Shown: positions 20,256 to 30,370, numbered from the stretch's first letter. The stretch is DNA of 64,000 nt from Candidatus Nomurabacteria bacterium (GCA_023267435.1 JAHFNH010000003.1:12717-76716); one strand, 5' to 3'. The notes: generated by a model from the sequence alone, not told the origin. Numbers and translations are program-made.

Positions 20256-21173
20256 TTATTTATTTAAATATTTGCGAACTGCCAGAGATGAAGAAACTAC
20301 TCCAAGCAAAACTCCTGATAATAGGATAATTGCGAAAATTTGGAAGAAATTCGAAATGTAATAATCATACAAATTGATTCCAAGAAAATCAGTCATATTG
20401 CGGCTAAACCAAACAGTCAGAGGAACAAAAATAACCAAAGTCACGAGTGTCGCGATAATTCCATAAATAGCTCCTTCGATCATAAAGGGTCCGCGAACGC
20501 GCATCTTACTGGCTCCAACCAAACGCATCACGCCTATTTCCTCTCTGGAGAAGAAGATGGTAAGGCGAATAGTATTGAAAGTAATAACTATTGAAATAAG
20601 AACTAAAATAAGGGTTACTAAGAATCCAAGTTTTTGTGCACCGGAGATTATCGAATTCAATCTTTCGATCACGAGTTTGTTTTGGTGATAATTCACCTTG
20701 TCTATGATTGAGGCCGAACCCAGAACTAAAGCGTTGTCTGATTTCAAGAAATTCGCAATACTTTCATACTGAGAAACTTCTTTTGCTTTCACATTCAAAT
20801 ATGCACCGAGAGGATTATCTTTTATTTCATCAAGAGCTTGGATTGTTGGATAATCGTCAGAATGCCTGTCGCGGAAAAGTTTCAATGCTTCTGCATCACT
20901 CGTGTATGTGACACTCGCAACTTCGGGCAAATTCTCCAATGAGGATTTCAAAGCTAAAATTTTATCTTCCGAAGCACCAGTAGTGAAATAAATCGTCACG
21001 TCCACTTTGTCTTTAATCTGATCGAGAGAATAATGCAAAACCGCTTGCAAGAAAATAAGCGATGCGATGACAGAGAGAGTGATAGTCACGACTAGAACAG
21101 CCGCCCATGACACGATGCCATTTCTTTTAAAGTTTACCGCTCCGGCTTTTATAATTCTTTTTAGTCCAGTCAT
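20256..21173 (-). CDS. ftsX: Cell division permease FtsX
   Basis: NTIRL, REEIGVMRLVGA, VRGPFMIEG; downstream of ftsE. Confidence 0.93.
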   Translation of the reverse strand: MTGLKRIIKAGAVNFKRNGIVSWAAVLVVTITLSVIASLIFLQAVLHYSLDQIKDKVDVTIYFTTGASEDKILALKSSLENLPEVASVTYTSDAEALKLFRDRHSDDYPTIQALDEIKDNPLGAYLNVKAKEVSQYESIANFLKSDNALVLGSASIIDKVNYHQNKLVIERLNSIISGAQKLGFLVTLILVLISIVITFNTIRLTIFFSREEIGVMRLVGASKMRVRGPFMIEGAIYGIIATLVTLVIFVPLTVWFSRNMTDFLGINLYDYYISNFFQIFAIILLSGVLLGVVSSSLAVRKYLNK

Positions 21174-21196
21174 AAAAATTATTGTAACATATTTTA

Positions 21197-21877
21197 CTAA
21201 ATCACATACTTACCATCTTTGTCGTCTCTTACGACCTTGCCTTTTTCTAATGTGATAACTCTCTTGCCTATCGAATCAATAACTCCGCGATTGTGCGTGG
21301 TTAAAATGACAGTCGTGCCGAGGTCATTTATCTTTTTTAAAATCTGTATCACTTCATAAGTATTGATCGGGTCCAAGTTTCCAGTCGGCTCATCGGCAAT
21401 GATTAATTCCGGCTGGTTGATGATGGCACGAGCTATAGCAAGTCTTTGTTGTTCCCCTCCGGACATCTGGTGCGGGAAATGAAAAATACGACTGCCTAAA
21501 TCAACGAGTTCCAACACGTGAGGAACATCACTAGCTATCTCTTCGTCGGACTTTCCGGCGGCTTCCATCGCAAAAGCAATATTTTCATAAGCAGTCTTGT
21601 TTGGCAATAATTTAAAATCCTGAAAAACAGCGCCGATTTTTCTTCTGAGTTTATTTAAATCACCACTTCTTAATTTATGCACATCGACAGACTCAAAAAA
21701 TACCGTACCTTCTGTCGGCTTGTCGTCTGCTAGAATCATTTTTATGAGAGTGGTCTTGCCTGCACCTGAGTGTCCAACAATAGAAACGAATTCCCCTGCT
21801 GTGACTGTTAAATTCACATCTTCCAGCGCTACTGAATCCCTGTTATAAATTTTTGAAACATTATTGAAATAAATCAC
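21197..21877 (-). CDS. ftsE: Cell division ATP-binding protein FtsE
   Basis: [33 protein letters not shown]. Confidence 0.95.
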   Translation of the reverse strand: MIYFNNVSKIYNRDSVALEDVNLTVTAGEFVSIVGHSGAGKTTLIKMILADDKPTEGTVFFESVDVHKLRSGDLNKLRRKIGAVFQDFKLLPNKTAYENIAFAMEAAGKSDEEIASDVPHVLELVDLGSRIFHFPHQMSGGEQQRLAIARAIINQPELIIADEPTGNLDPINTYEVIQILKKINDLGTTVILTTHNRGVIDSIGKRVITLEKGKVVRDDKDGKYVI

Positions 21878-21993
21878 TTTCTAATAGTATCACAAACCCC
21901 TCTCAGCTTCAACGCAATTTGACAAAATCTTTTAAGGTGTTATCTTTTAACTAGAAATAAATCGAAGTCTAATCTTTAAAAACAAAATAAACA

Positions 21994-22842
21994 ATGAAAA
22001 CAACTATGAAAATTGCCTTGGCCTGCTTTATTGGAGCAGTTATGGGCACACTCATCTCTTTAGAAATGAATAAAATGCTGTGGTGGGTCGGAGCTATCGC
22101 AGGAGGAGTCATCGGATACTTTATCTATGACATCGAACAAGTAATTAAAGCAATTCCAAAGACATGGGAATACGCTAAAGAAAATAAAAATAAGTTCTCT
22201 TGCACTTTAGTAAAAATTATTAAAAATATAATTATTGCGATTTTCTGCGTTACTGCAGTACTTATTGTTCCATTCATTTGGTTAGGGTACATTGATAATT
22301 ATTTTTGGAATATCTTTCATATGCCAAAAATATCGCTTATACATGATGATATTTTTGTGTTATTACCTATTCTGTTTATATATTATGCAATGGCACTAAT
22401 TAATTTCTTAATTTTGATTTATTCCGCTAAAGATATTTTAGTAGAAAATGATAAATGTCTTAAAAAGATGAAACTATTGGGAATAATAAATAAAGCAAAA
22501 AATAGCAACATATTTAAAATATTTGCGCTTTTATCTTCTCAACTGATTGCTTTTGGTTGGATAATATTTTGGCTTTATAAGGGATTTACAGCAGTGCCTG
22601 AAGCAACAAAAGAAGCGTTTAATGTTTCCACTGAATTTTTAGGAAAATTCATTAAGAAATTATTTCTTCTTATTCATTCTCAGGCGCGATTGATTTGCGG
22701 AGTTGATTCATTATTCGGTACTGTTATCGGATATTTCTTTTTCCATGATCCAATCATGGGCGGAATTGCCGGTGCAATACTCGGAGTGTTCAATTACTGG
22801 ATTGTTTCAATCAAAATACTGAAACTTGAACCAAAGTTGTAG
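21994..22842 (+). CDS. Hypothetical multi-pass membrane protein with Gly-zipper termini
   Basis: GAIAGGVIGYF and GGIAGAILGVF segments; has its own promoter-like element and terminator. Confidence 0.7.
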   Translation: MKTTMKIALACFIGAVMGTLISLEMNKMLWWVGAIAGGVIGYFIYDIEQVIKAIPKTWEYAKENKNKFSCTLVKIIKNIIIAIFCVTAVLIVPFIWLGYIDNYFWNIFHMPKISLIHDDIFVLLPILFIYYAMALINFLILIYSAKDILVENDKCLKKMKLLGIINKAKNSNIFKIFALLSSQLIAFGWIIFWLYKGFTAVPEATKEAFNVSTEFLGKFIKKLFLLIHSQARLICGVDSLFGTVIGYFFFHDPIMGGIAGAILGVFNYWIVSIKILKLEPKL

Positions 22843-22858
22843 AAATGACTTTCAATTT

Positions 22859-22890
22859 AAAAAGCCCTTACAAAAAATGTAAGGGCTTTT
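22859..22890. terminator. Bidirectional intrinsic terminator
   Basis: aaaagcccttaca-aaaaa-tgtaagggctttt. Confidence 0.85.
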
Positions 22891-22894
22891 AATT

Positions 22895-23788
22895 TTACAA
22901 TTTTTTCTCAGCTTCAATGAATAAATCTAGGTCGCCGTCTAAAACTGCATCTACATTTGAGGTTTCGGCTTCTGTCCTGTGGTCTTTGACCATTTTATAT
23001 GGATGCAAGACATATGAACGGATTTGACTACCCCATTCTATATCTGTTCCCTTGGAAATCTTCATACTTTCTTCAACTGTCTTTTTTTCTTCTTCTGCTT
23101 TCTTGAAAATTTTTGCACGAAGCATATTCATAGCTGTCTCTCTATTGGCTTCTTGGGAGCGCTCGCCTGAAGCATGTGTTGAAATACCAGTTGGAATATG
23201 AACGATGCGGACAGCTGTCTCTCTTTTGTTTACATTCTGCCCACCCGGTCCGCCAGACTTTGCAAATTCTATTTTTAAATCTTTTTCCGGAATGACAAAA
23301 TCTTTTTCTTCCAATTTTGAAAACTTCGGCAATACTTCCACCAACGAAAAAGAAGTGTGACGCATTTGCTTCGCGTTAAATGGAGAGATGCGCACCAGGC
23401 GATGCACACCTGATTCATTTTTCAAATTTCCATAAGCATTCTTCCCTGCCATCTCAAAAGAAACATTTCTGTATCCGCCGTGATCATTCTTATGTTCGTG
23501 AATAAAAGAAATTCCCCAGCCTTTCCTGTCTGCATACTTCATATACATATCGAGGAGTATTCGTGAAAAATCTTCCGCATCATCCCCGCCCGCTCCGGAA
23601 ATAATGGTAACAATCGCATTGCCCTTGTCATACTTTCCCAAACCTTCTTTTTTATCTTTCAAATCTGCCAATTCTTTTATCGTCGCCTGCGCACGAACCT
23701 TATCACTCCAAAAATCCGGACCGGCAATAACACCCTCCAGCTCCTTTATCTTTTCATCTATTAAATTAGCATTTAAATCTTCAGCCAT
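22895..23788 (-). CDS. prfB: Peptide chain release factor 2 (shortened)
   Basis: ESGVHRLVRISPF (SPF motif), GGPGGQNVNK, WGSQIRSYVLHPY. Confidence 0.93.
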   Translation of the reverse strand: MAEDLNANLIDEKIKELEGVIAGPDFWSDKVRAQATIKELADLKDKKEGLGKYDKGNAIVTIISGAGGDDAEDFSRILLDMYMKYADRKGWGISFIHEHKNDHGGYRNVSFEMAGKNAYGNLKNESGVHRLVRISPFNAKQMRHTSFSLVEVLPKFSKLEEKDFVIPEKDLKIEFAKSGGPGGQNVNKRETAVRIVHIPTGISTHASGERSQEANRETAMNMLRAKIFKKAEEEKKTVEESMKISKGTDIEWGSQIRSYVLHPYKMVKDHRTEAETSNVDAVLDGDLDLFIEAEKKL

Positions 23789-23836
23789 AGTGAGATTATA
23801 GCAGAAATTAAAGACTTACTATGTTATAATTCCCCC

Positions 23837-24757
23837 ATGCATGGATACAGTTGGCTTCTTATCGCTTCTATCGCTCCGCTCTTATGGGCCACAGCGAACC
23901 ATATAGACAAATACCTTATTACCAAATTTGGTGTTGGAATCGGCACCAAGGGTCTAATAATTTTTTCTTGTCTTCTTTCTTCAATAACAGTGATTGTTGT
24001 ATCTTTTTTTCTACCTAAAACACACATTCTCGCTTTTCCTACTTTAAATATAATCGTTCTTATAACAACTGGAATTTTATGGTCTTTGGGAATTTTATTT
24101 TATCTTTTTGCATTAGGAGAAGATGAAACTTCTTTTGTTGTAGCCATGTTTCAACTCATTCCCGTTTTTGCTTTTATAATGGGATTTTTATTTTTAGGAG
24201 AAACTATATCGATCAGACAAATCATCGGCGCGTTAATAATAATACTAGGGGGCATTCTTGTTTCATTAAACTTCAATGAAAAATTTAAATTCAAAAAGAA
24301 ACTTTTTATACTCATGGTTTCTTCATCTTTTGTAATAGCTCTTTCTCAAATTCTTTTTAAATTCGCCGCACTTGATAATTTCAAGGGAGCAATGTTTTGG
24401 CAATATACTGGAACATTATTACTTGGATTAATATTCTTATGTCTACCTTCTTTCAAAAAAGAATTCTTTTCTGTCTTTAAGAACAATCTGACTGGCAAAA
24501 TATTTTTTTGGAGTGTTATGGTTGAAATCCTAACTTTAATCGGAAATTCACTTGTTTCTTTTTCCGTATTAATAGCGCCAGTAGCGATGGTTCTATTGGT
24601 CGAATCTTTCCAACCAGCACTCTCTTTTATTTTAGCTATAATTATCACGATCTTCATACCAACTTTTGCAAAAGAAGACCTAAGTCCAAAAATTCTGTTC
24701 CAGAAAATAACAGCTATAGCCATCGTACTTATCGGCAGTGCTATTTTATTTCTATAA
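23837..24757 (+). CDS. EamA/DMT family transporter
   Basis: About ten TM segments; two-fold internal repeat; LFLGETIS..QIIG motif. Confidence 0.88.
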   Translation: MHGYSWLLIASIAPLLWATANHIDKYLITKFGVGIGTKGLIIFSCLLSSITVIVVSFFLPKTHILAFPTLNIIVLITTGILWSLGILFYLFALGEDETSFVVAMFQLIPVFAFIMGFLFLGETISIRQIIGALIIILGGILVSLNFNEKFKFKKKLFILMVSSSFVIALSQILFKFAALDNFKGAMFWQYTGTLLLGLIFLCLPSFKKEFFSVFKNNLTGKIFFWSVMVEILTLIGNSLVSFSVLIAPVAMVLLVESFQPALSFILAIIITIFIPTFAKEDLSPKILFQKITAIAIVLIGSAILFL

Positions 24758-24782
24758 AAAATAAGGTAAAATTAACATTGTC

Positions 24783-25163
24783 ATGGAAAACGAACAAAAA
24801 ACAAAAAACAATAGCTTATTAATAAAAGCATTGATAGCCTGTTGCGTTATTTCTGTTATCACTTCATTCTATTTTTTTTATTACAAAAAAGATTTTAATT
24901 TCATAGTGGAAGTTTCTTGCGATAAATCGCAAGAAACATGTTTTGAACGTGACTGTTCCAATCCTGATGACTGTCCCCCAAACGGACTTTCTGATTTCAA
25001 AAGATACAGTCTAAATGCGAACGACTTTAAATCGTGTCAAAACGAAGATTGCACTACTGTATGTGAAAATGGAGAAATAAAATGCACACCAGTAGAGTGT
25101 ACTGAAAATCCTGACACTGGAGAAACTTGTGTATCTCCTCAATCTTCTGAGAGCGTCCAATAA
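24783..25163 (+). CDS. Membrane-anchored Cys-rich small protein
   Basis: One N-terminal TM segment followed by a domain with 11 Cys. Confidence 0.75.
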   Translation: MENEQKTKNNSLLIKALIACCVISVITSFYFFYYKKDFNFIVEVSCDKSQETCFERDCSNPDDCPPNGLSDFKRYSLNANDFKSCQNEDCTTVCENGEIKCTPVECTENPDTGETCVSPQSSESVQ

Positions 25164-25167
25164 AATT

Positions 25168-25998
25168 ATGATAAAAATCGGTGATTATGAAAAAATAATG
25201 TCAGACAGAAACTTGTTTAATCAAGTTATTTACACTCCTCTTTCAGACGCATTACGTCTTTTAGATGAAAGAAGTAAAGATGCTGATCTTGTACTGAAAG
25301 TAAAAAAACTTCTTGATAATGATATTCCGGAAGTATTTAAAGATAATAAAAAATATGCTGTTCTCTTTAGACAAGTTGCAACACCTAATTATGAAACCAA
25401 AAGATTTATAGCTTTAGCCAAAGAAAATAATTTACACCCCATAATTTTCGAATATCATGATGATATCTTTTCTCCAGACAATAATGAGTTTAAATACTCT
25501 TTAGGAAAACTACCAATACATAAAACCATAAAAGACAAACCTGCCTTAGACCTTAAAGAATATATTAATATTGTTGATTTCAATTTACATAAAGGCAAAA
25601 AAATAAGAGAAGTTTTAACAATATGGTCTGAACCTCTTATTGATTTTCATAAATTACTGTTCAATGATCATTTTAAAAATGAAATAATAACAGTATGGAA
25701 TGCTTCAGACTGGTATAAAAATAAGGGTGCAACTGCACGTGATTATTATAAATTCTTTTTTCTTTTTTTTATTTACCATGGAATTCTTTTTGAAAACTTT
25801 TTATCATCAAAAGACACTGAGGGTGATTTCACTAAAAATATAGTATTGCCGGCCATTGAAGAAGTTATGAATATGACAGGAGTAAAACCACTTATAGTAC
25901 CAATTGAACCAATTGACAGTGAACTAGACGAATATTGGGTATATCACAGTCCAAACGTAAGACAATTTATAAATGATTATATAAAAAATAAGAAATAA
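25168..25998 (+). CDS. Cytoplasmic protein of unknown function, translationally coupled to the kinase
   Basis: ATG 4 nt after the upstream stop; stop 1 nt before the kinase ATG; motif-like segments AVLFRQVATPNYE, HGILFENFL, GVKPLIVP. Confidence 0.75.
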   Translation: MIKIGDYEKIMSDRNLFNQVIYTPLSDALRLLDERSKDADLVLKVKKLLDNDIPEVFKDNKKYAVLFRQVATPNYETKRFIALAKENNLHPIIFEYHDDIFSPDNNEFKYSLGKLPIHKTIKDKPALDLKEYINIVDFNLHKGKKIREVLTIWSEPLIDFHKLLFNDHFKNEIITVWNASDWYKNKGATARDYYKFFFLFFIYHGILFENFLSSKDTEGDFTKNIVLPAIEEVMNMTGVKPLIVPIEPIDSELDEYWVYHSPNVRQFINDYIKNKK

Positions 25999-25999
25999 G

Positions 26000-27616
26000 A
26001 TGCACACTCAAATAGACACAATTATAAACACATGCTATGCAACAACTAACACATCAAGACAAATAGCTTTTTATTCACATTTAATTCCAGTAATATTTTC
26101 ACTAGCACTAGCTATTCTAGTGTTCGTTAAATCTAAACGTATCTTACTTTCAAAAATTTTCCTTGCCTTTGTTTCGATGTTCTCACTTTGGCTTATAGGT
26201 GACTTGATTCTTTGGACACAAAATAATTATTTTCTTCAGTATGCCTCGTGGGCACCACTTGATTATATTGAAATAGTATTTTATGTACTCGGACTTTATT
26301 TTGCAATTTCTTTCGTTAAAGGATCCACAATTCCAAAACTTTCTAAAATTTTTCTATTTATTCTTACTCTTCCTCCACTTTTTATTACCTTATCAAAACA
26401 ATCAGTTAATGGCTTTAATTACCCTGTTTGCGAAGCGTTCAACAATAACTTTTTAGGTAACTATAAACTTGCAGTAGAAGGTTTTATTCTAATAATTCTT
26501 CTAATTTATATAGTAATTCCTTTTATAAAAAAACTATCACCTGAAAAGAAAAAAGCTGATTTAATTGTACTTGGTTCCATGTTTTTATTCCTTTCAATAT
26601 TTGGAGTAACAGAATATTTTGCTTCAATCACAGGAAATTATGAGATGAACTTATATAGTTTATTTGTAATACCTATTTTTCTTTTTGCTATGATCTACTC
26701 CGTTTTTGATTTGGATATTTTTAATTTCAAAATCCTTGGAACACATTATTTAGTTGTGGGATTCTTAGTGTTAACAGGTATGCAAGTATTCTTTATCAAA
26801 GGTGGAGTTGATGGGTTACTTACTGGAATAACAGTATTATTTGCAGCAGGGCTTAGTGTTATTCTATTTAGAAATCTGAAAAAAGAATCTGACCAACGTA
26901 TACTTATCGAACACTTAGCCGATCAACGAGAAAGTTTCATTCACTTCTTGAGTCACGAGGTCAAGGGAATCTTGGGAAAAAATAAAAACATGTTTGCTAT
27001 GATATTGGAAAAAGATCCAAACACGACAGCAGAACAAATAGACTCTTTCATTAAGAGATCTTCTGTCGACACTAATGGAGCTATCGATATGGTTGAAAAT
27101 ATTCTTCGCTCTAATGATTTTAAAAATGGAAAAGTTTCTATGGATATGAAACCTTTCGACATGAAAGCATCCGTACTGGACGCATTAAATAGTTTGAAAT
27201 TTGATATTGAAACAAAAGGACTCACTGTAAAAACAACTATAGATGAAAAACAAGATTACACAGTTTTGGGAGATAAAGAAAATATAACCAAACACGTCAT
27301 ACGCAATCTTATAGACAACGCTATCCGCTACACTCCAAAAGGTGATATTACTATTTTTCTATCAAAAAATGGAAATAAGGTTTTGTTCTCCGTAAAAGAT
27401 ACTGGCGTGGGTATTACTCCAGAAGATATGTCAAAACTATTCACTGAAGGCGGACGCGGTAAAGACTCAATCAAGGTTAATGTGCACAGTACTGGTTACG
27501 GGTTATTCTTCGCTAAAGGGATGGTAGAAGCTCACAATGGAAGAGTTTGGGCTGAATCAGAAGGTGCAGGTAAAGGCACCACTTTCCTACTAGAGTTGCC
27601 AGCATATTCGGCATAG
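26000..27616 (+). CDS. Orphan histidine kinase with multi-TM (7TM-like) N-terminal sensor
   Basis: About nine hydrophobic segments; FLSHEVK (H box), NLIDNAIRY, DTGVGI, STGYGLFF. Confidence 0.92.
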   Translation: MHTQIDTIINTCYATTNTSRQIAFYSHLIPVIFSLALAILVFVKSKRILLSKIFLAFVSMFSLWLIGDLILWTQNNYFLQYASWAPLDYIEIVFYVLGLYFAISFVKGSTIPKLSKIFLFILTLPPLFITLSKQSVNGFNYPVCEAFNNNFLGNYKLAVEGFILIILLIYIVIPFIKKLSPEKKKADLIVLGSMFLFLSIFGVTEYFASITGNYEMNLYSLFVIPIFLFAMIYSVFDLDIFNFKILGTHYLVVGFLVLTGMQVFFIKGGVDGLLTGITVLFAAGLSVILFRNLKKESDQRILIEHLADQRESFIHFLSHEVKGILGKNKNMFAMILEKDPNTTAEQIDSFIKRSSVDTNGAIDMVENILRSNDFKNGKVSMDMKPFDMKASVLDALNSLKFDIETKGLTVKTTIDEKQDYTVLGDKENITKHVIRNLIDNAIRYTPKGDITIFLSKNGNKVLFSVKDTGVGITPEDMSKLFTEGGRGKDSIKVNVHSTGYGLFFAKGMVEAHNGRVWAESEGAGKGTTFLLELPAYSA

Positions 27617-27732
27617 ATATATTGTTTCAAATTTAAACTAAGATAAAATTTTTAGAGCCCTAAAGGACTTCATTTAGTAAAATGACCTACTGGGTCGATT
27701 TTCTAAAGTTTAGTAAAACTAAGTAAATCGGG

Positions 27733-27803
27733 AGCCGAGAGTGGGAATCGGACCCACGTTCCTACTTTACGAAAGTAGTGTTCTACCACTGAACTATATC
27801 GGC
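27733..27803 (-). tRNA. tRNA-Thr(CGT)
   Basis: gccgata...ctact-ttCGTaa-agtag...gtggg-tccgatt-cccac; atypical T-loop and one acceptor-stem mismatch. Confidence 0.85.
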
Positions 27804-27878
27804 TTATTCTTAATTCTCAAACAAAGAAAAGTATACACCAATTAAATAATTGTTGCATTTAAACTATTAATTAAAAAA

Positions 27879-28490
27879 TTATTCTTTATCGGCAAATACT
27901 ACAAGTCTATAAGGACGGCCTTTCTTCACACTATTCCAAATCCCCTCACAAGTAACAAGATTCAGGTGTGCCTTTCCATCGGTTGAACCGAATACATCTG
28001 AAGCATCTGCGTTGGCATCATATTTTCTACTTTCTCGTACAACAAAAGAAATAGTTGCACCCTTATCATCTTCGACGATAATTTTGTCTCCATTTTTTAA
28101 TTTATATAAATTATCGAATACCGCTGGAATGCTGTTTTTCCAACCGAAGTGCCCGGCGATAACAGCACTGCCATTATCGCCAGGATGTGGTCCCAGGTCG
28201 AACCAAGCGACATTATCTGGACCCTTTGGCACTTCCATCGCCCCATCAGAAGTAAGACCCACATCTTCAACAACAGCATCGACATTAATATTCGGAATCT
28301 TTAGACGCACTGGCAACCCAAAATTATCTTTCCCCTGTCCCAAAGGAATAGTGGTTTTTACAACAAGCGGAATCAAACTAGTATGAGTTGAATCTTTAAA
28401 GAAAAGAAATAAAAATAAACCCAAGAAAATAAAGAATCCCAGAAAAATAATTATTAATATTCTTTTTGATAAATTTTTTGATAAATTCAT
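27879..28490 (-). CDS. Class F-like sortase
   Basis: N-terminal TM; PVRLKIP, GSAVIAGH, LNLVTC and a downstream Arg (His/Cys/Arg triad). Confidence 0.9.
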   Translation of the reverse strand: MNLSKNLSKRILIIIFLGFFIFLGLFLFLFFKDSTHTSLIPLVVKTTIPLGQGKDNFGLPVRLKIPNINVDAVVEDVGLTSDGAMEVPKGPDNVAWFDLGPHPGDNGSAVIAGHFGWKNSIPAVFDNLYKLKNGDKIIVEDDKGATISFVVRESRKYDANADASDVFGSTDGKAHLNLVTCEGIWNSVKKGRPYRLVVFADKE

Positions 28491-28499
28491 ATATAACCT

Positions 28500-28531
28500 A
28501 AAGAGTCAGCCCAAGATTGGTCTGACTCTTT
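28500..28531. terminator. Hairpin/terminator between the ice-binding-family gene and sortase
   Basis: aaagagtcag-c-cca...tgg-t-ctgactcttt. Confidence 0.6.
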
Positions 28532-28582
28532 TTACTTTAAAAACAGTGTAAAAATATTCGTTAACCTATCTTAATAGAGAAA

Positions 28583-30259
28583 CTATATTTTATGCTTTCT
28601 TAGAACCATAACAAATGAAATAGAAACTAATGCGAGCAAACCAAACAATAATAATATAACAACATTCCATGGAGCAGGAGGAAGTCCTGTCTTAGGAAGA
28701 CTAGGAGCGGCCACCACCACTGTAGCAAGAGAATAATCGATCGCAGTAAGACCATTTGCACTTCCCTCAGCAGTTCCAGTATTCGTAGTTGTCTGTGTAA
28801 GATTTGTTAAACAAGTGAAAGTCCATGTTTCATTACTTTCAAGTAAATCGTTTTTATTAAGATCTCCTGGGTGTCCTACGACACGGCCTGGTAGACCAGT
28901 ACATTTGTCATCAGTGATACTAACATTACTTAATGGCGCAGTACCAGGATTGGTTACGGTATATGTGTAAGTAACTGCTCCACCATTTGCAGGAAGAACA
29001 AAAACGTTTGGCTTTTTAACTACATGGATTAGTGGTGGTATTATTGGAACTCCGACAACGACAGTTGCATTTGCAGTATCGATTGCGGTAAAACCATTAG
29101 CATCACCAGTTGCAGTGACAGTATTGGTAGTGGTTTGGGAGAGTGTTGTGGTACAAGTGTATGTCCAAGTTTCATTGATATCAAGTTTGGAATCATTATT
29201 TGAATCACCTGAAATGAAACCTACAGTAGAACATGCATTGTCAGAAACAATAACATTACTCATTGGAACTGTTCCGATATTCTTAACTGTATAAGTATAA
29301 GTAACTGGTCCAGGTCCTAGAGGTAATGCTAATGGAGTTGGAACTTTTAAAACACTGATCAAAGGTGGAACAGATGCTGTTGTAAGAGGACCACCACCTT
29401 GGGGAGCTGTTGAGGGAGGGGTTGGAGGGGTCACATATACAGGAATTGAAACAGTATGACTACCAGCGCCGTCTAGTGTAACAGACGCCGTATTTGAAAA
29501 TGCTCTTCCGTGTAATGTTGCACCAGCTAATAAAGCAACGCTTGTTTGATCTAAAATATTTCCTTCAAAAACAGATGTTGTTTCAAGTGTAGTTGCACCA
29601 CCGACAACCCAAAAAATATTGGAAGCCTGTGCACCACCACTTAAAAGAATGCTTTTAGCAGAACTGATATCAAGAGTTCCTGGTACTCTAAATATCCATA
29701 CATCACTTGCTGTTCCTGTAAGATGAATATCGCCTGTAATAATTACATTACCAGGACCAGAAAATGAATAAACTCCAGGAGCGATTGTTAAACCAGCAAG
29801 ATCCCAAGTTCCAGATCCGGTTCCAATATTTGTAGCATCAAATGGTCGAACAGTATTATTGTTAGCATCAGTATAAGCTGCTCCTGCAGCACCGACAGCA
29901 TTATCTACAAAAGTTTTATTGGCTGGTACAGTATCACCCGGCATAGCACAAGCAGCAAAACCGGTAACATTATATCCGGAATCAACTTCGTATATTTTTC
30001 CACCGCCAGTCATTGATGTACATGTCAAACCAGCAATGTTTGAACCTGCAAGTGGACTCACTCCAACATTTCCAGTAATTATAGTTGATGCGGGAGTAGC
30101 ATCAGTTACACCTGCATATGACAAAATTGAGAAACTATCTGCTCCTCCAAGATTAACAGTTGCCGGGCTAGCAAAAGCGTGCGCTTTAGTAGAGCCAGTG
30201 AAATTAAATACAAGAGAAAACAAAACAACTAAGAAAGAAAACTTTTTAAGTATTTTCAT
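28583..30259 (-). CDS. Ice-binding family (DUF3494) protein with two Ig-like repeats and an LPxTG anchor
   Basis: Signal peptide; PGVYSF, VWIFRV, GGAQASNIFWVVG, FEGNIL, GRAFS; two VTYTYTVxNxG repeats; LPKTG + TM + RKHK. Confidence 0.88.
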   Translation of the reverse strand: MKILKKFSFLVVLFSLVFNFTGSTKAHAFASPATVNLGGADSFSILSYAGVTDATPASTIITGNVGVSPLAGSNIAGLTCTSMTGGGKIYEVDSGYNVTGFAACAMPGDTVPANKTFVDNAVGAAGAAYTDANNNTVRPFDATNIGTGSGTWDLAGLTIAPGVYSFSGPGNVIITGDIHLTGTASDVWIFRVPGTLDISSAKSILLSGGAQASNIFWVVGGATTLETTSVFEGNILDQTSVALLAGATLHGRAFSNTASVTLDGAGSHTVSIPVYVTPPTPPSTAPQGGGPLTTASVPPLISVLKVPTPLALPLGPGPVTYTYTVKNIGTVPMSNVIVSDNACSTVGFISGDSNNDSKLDINETWTYTCTTTLSQTTTNTVTATGDANGFTAIDTANATVVVGVPIIPPLIHVVKKPNVFVLPANGGAVTYTYTVTNPGTAPLSNVSITDDKCTGLPGRVVGHPGDLNKNDLLESNETWTFTCLTNLTQTTTNTGTAEGSANGLTAIDYSLATVVVAAPSLPKTGLPPAPWNVVILLLFGLLALVSISFVMVLRKHKI

Positions 30260-30341
30260 ATTTTACTATTTATTTTTAAAAACTATTATAATAGCTATAT
30301 TATAACCTTTTTAAAGATAACTTTGTTATATATATATATCC

Positions 30342-30350
30342 TGTGGATAA
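30342..30350 (-). promoter_or_regulatory. Consensus DnaA box
   Basis: tgtggataa = TTATCCACA on the minus strand; isolated copy. Confidence 0.4.
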
Positions 30351-30370
30351 GTCATAAATAATAAAAATTG

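Noticed and set aside
8791-30350. DnaA-box-like sequences at 8791 and 30342 as a replication origin
   Set aside because: Isolated single boxes with no cluster and no dnaA/dnaN nearby.
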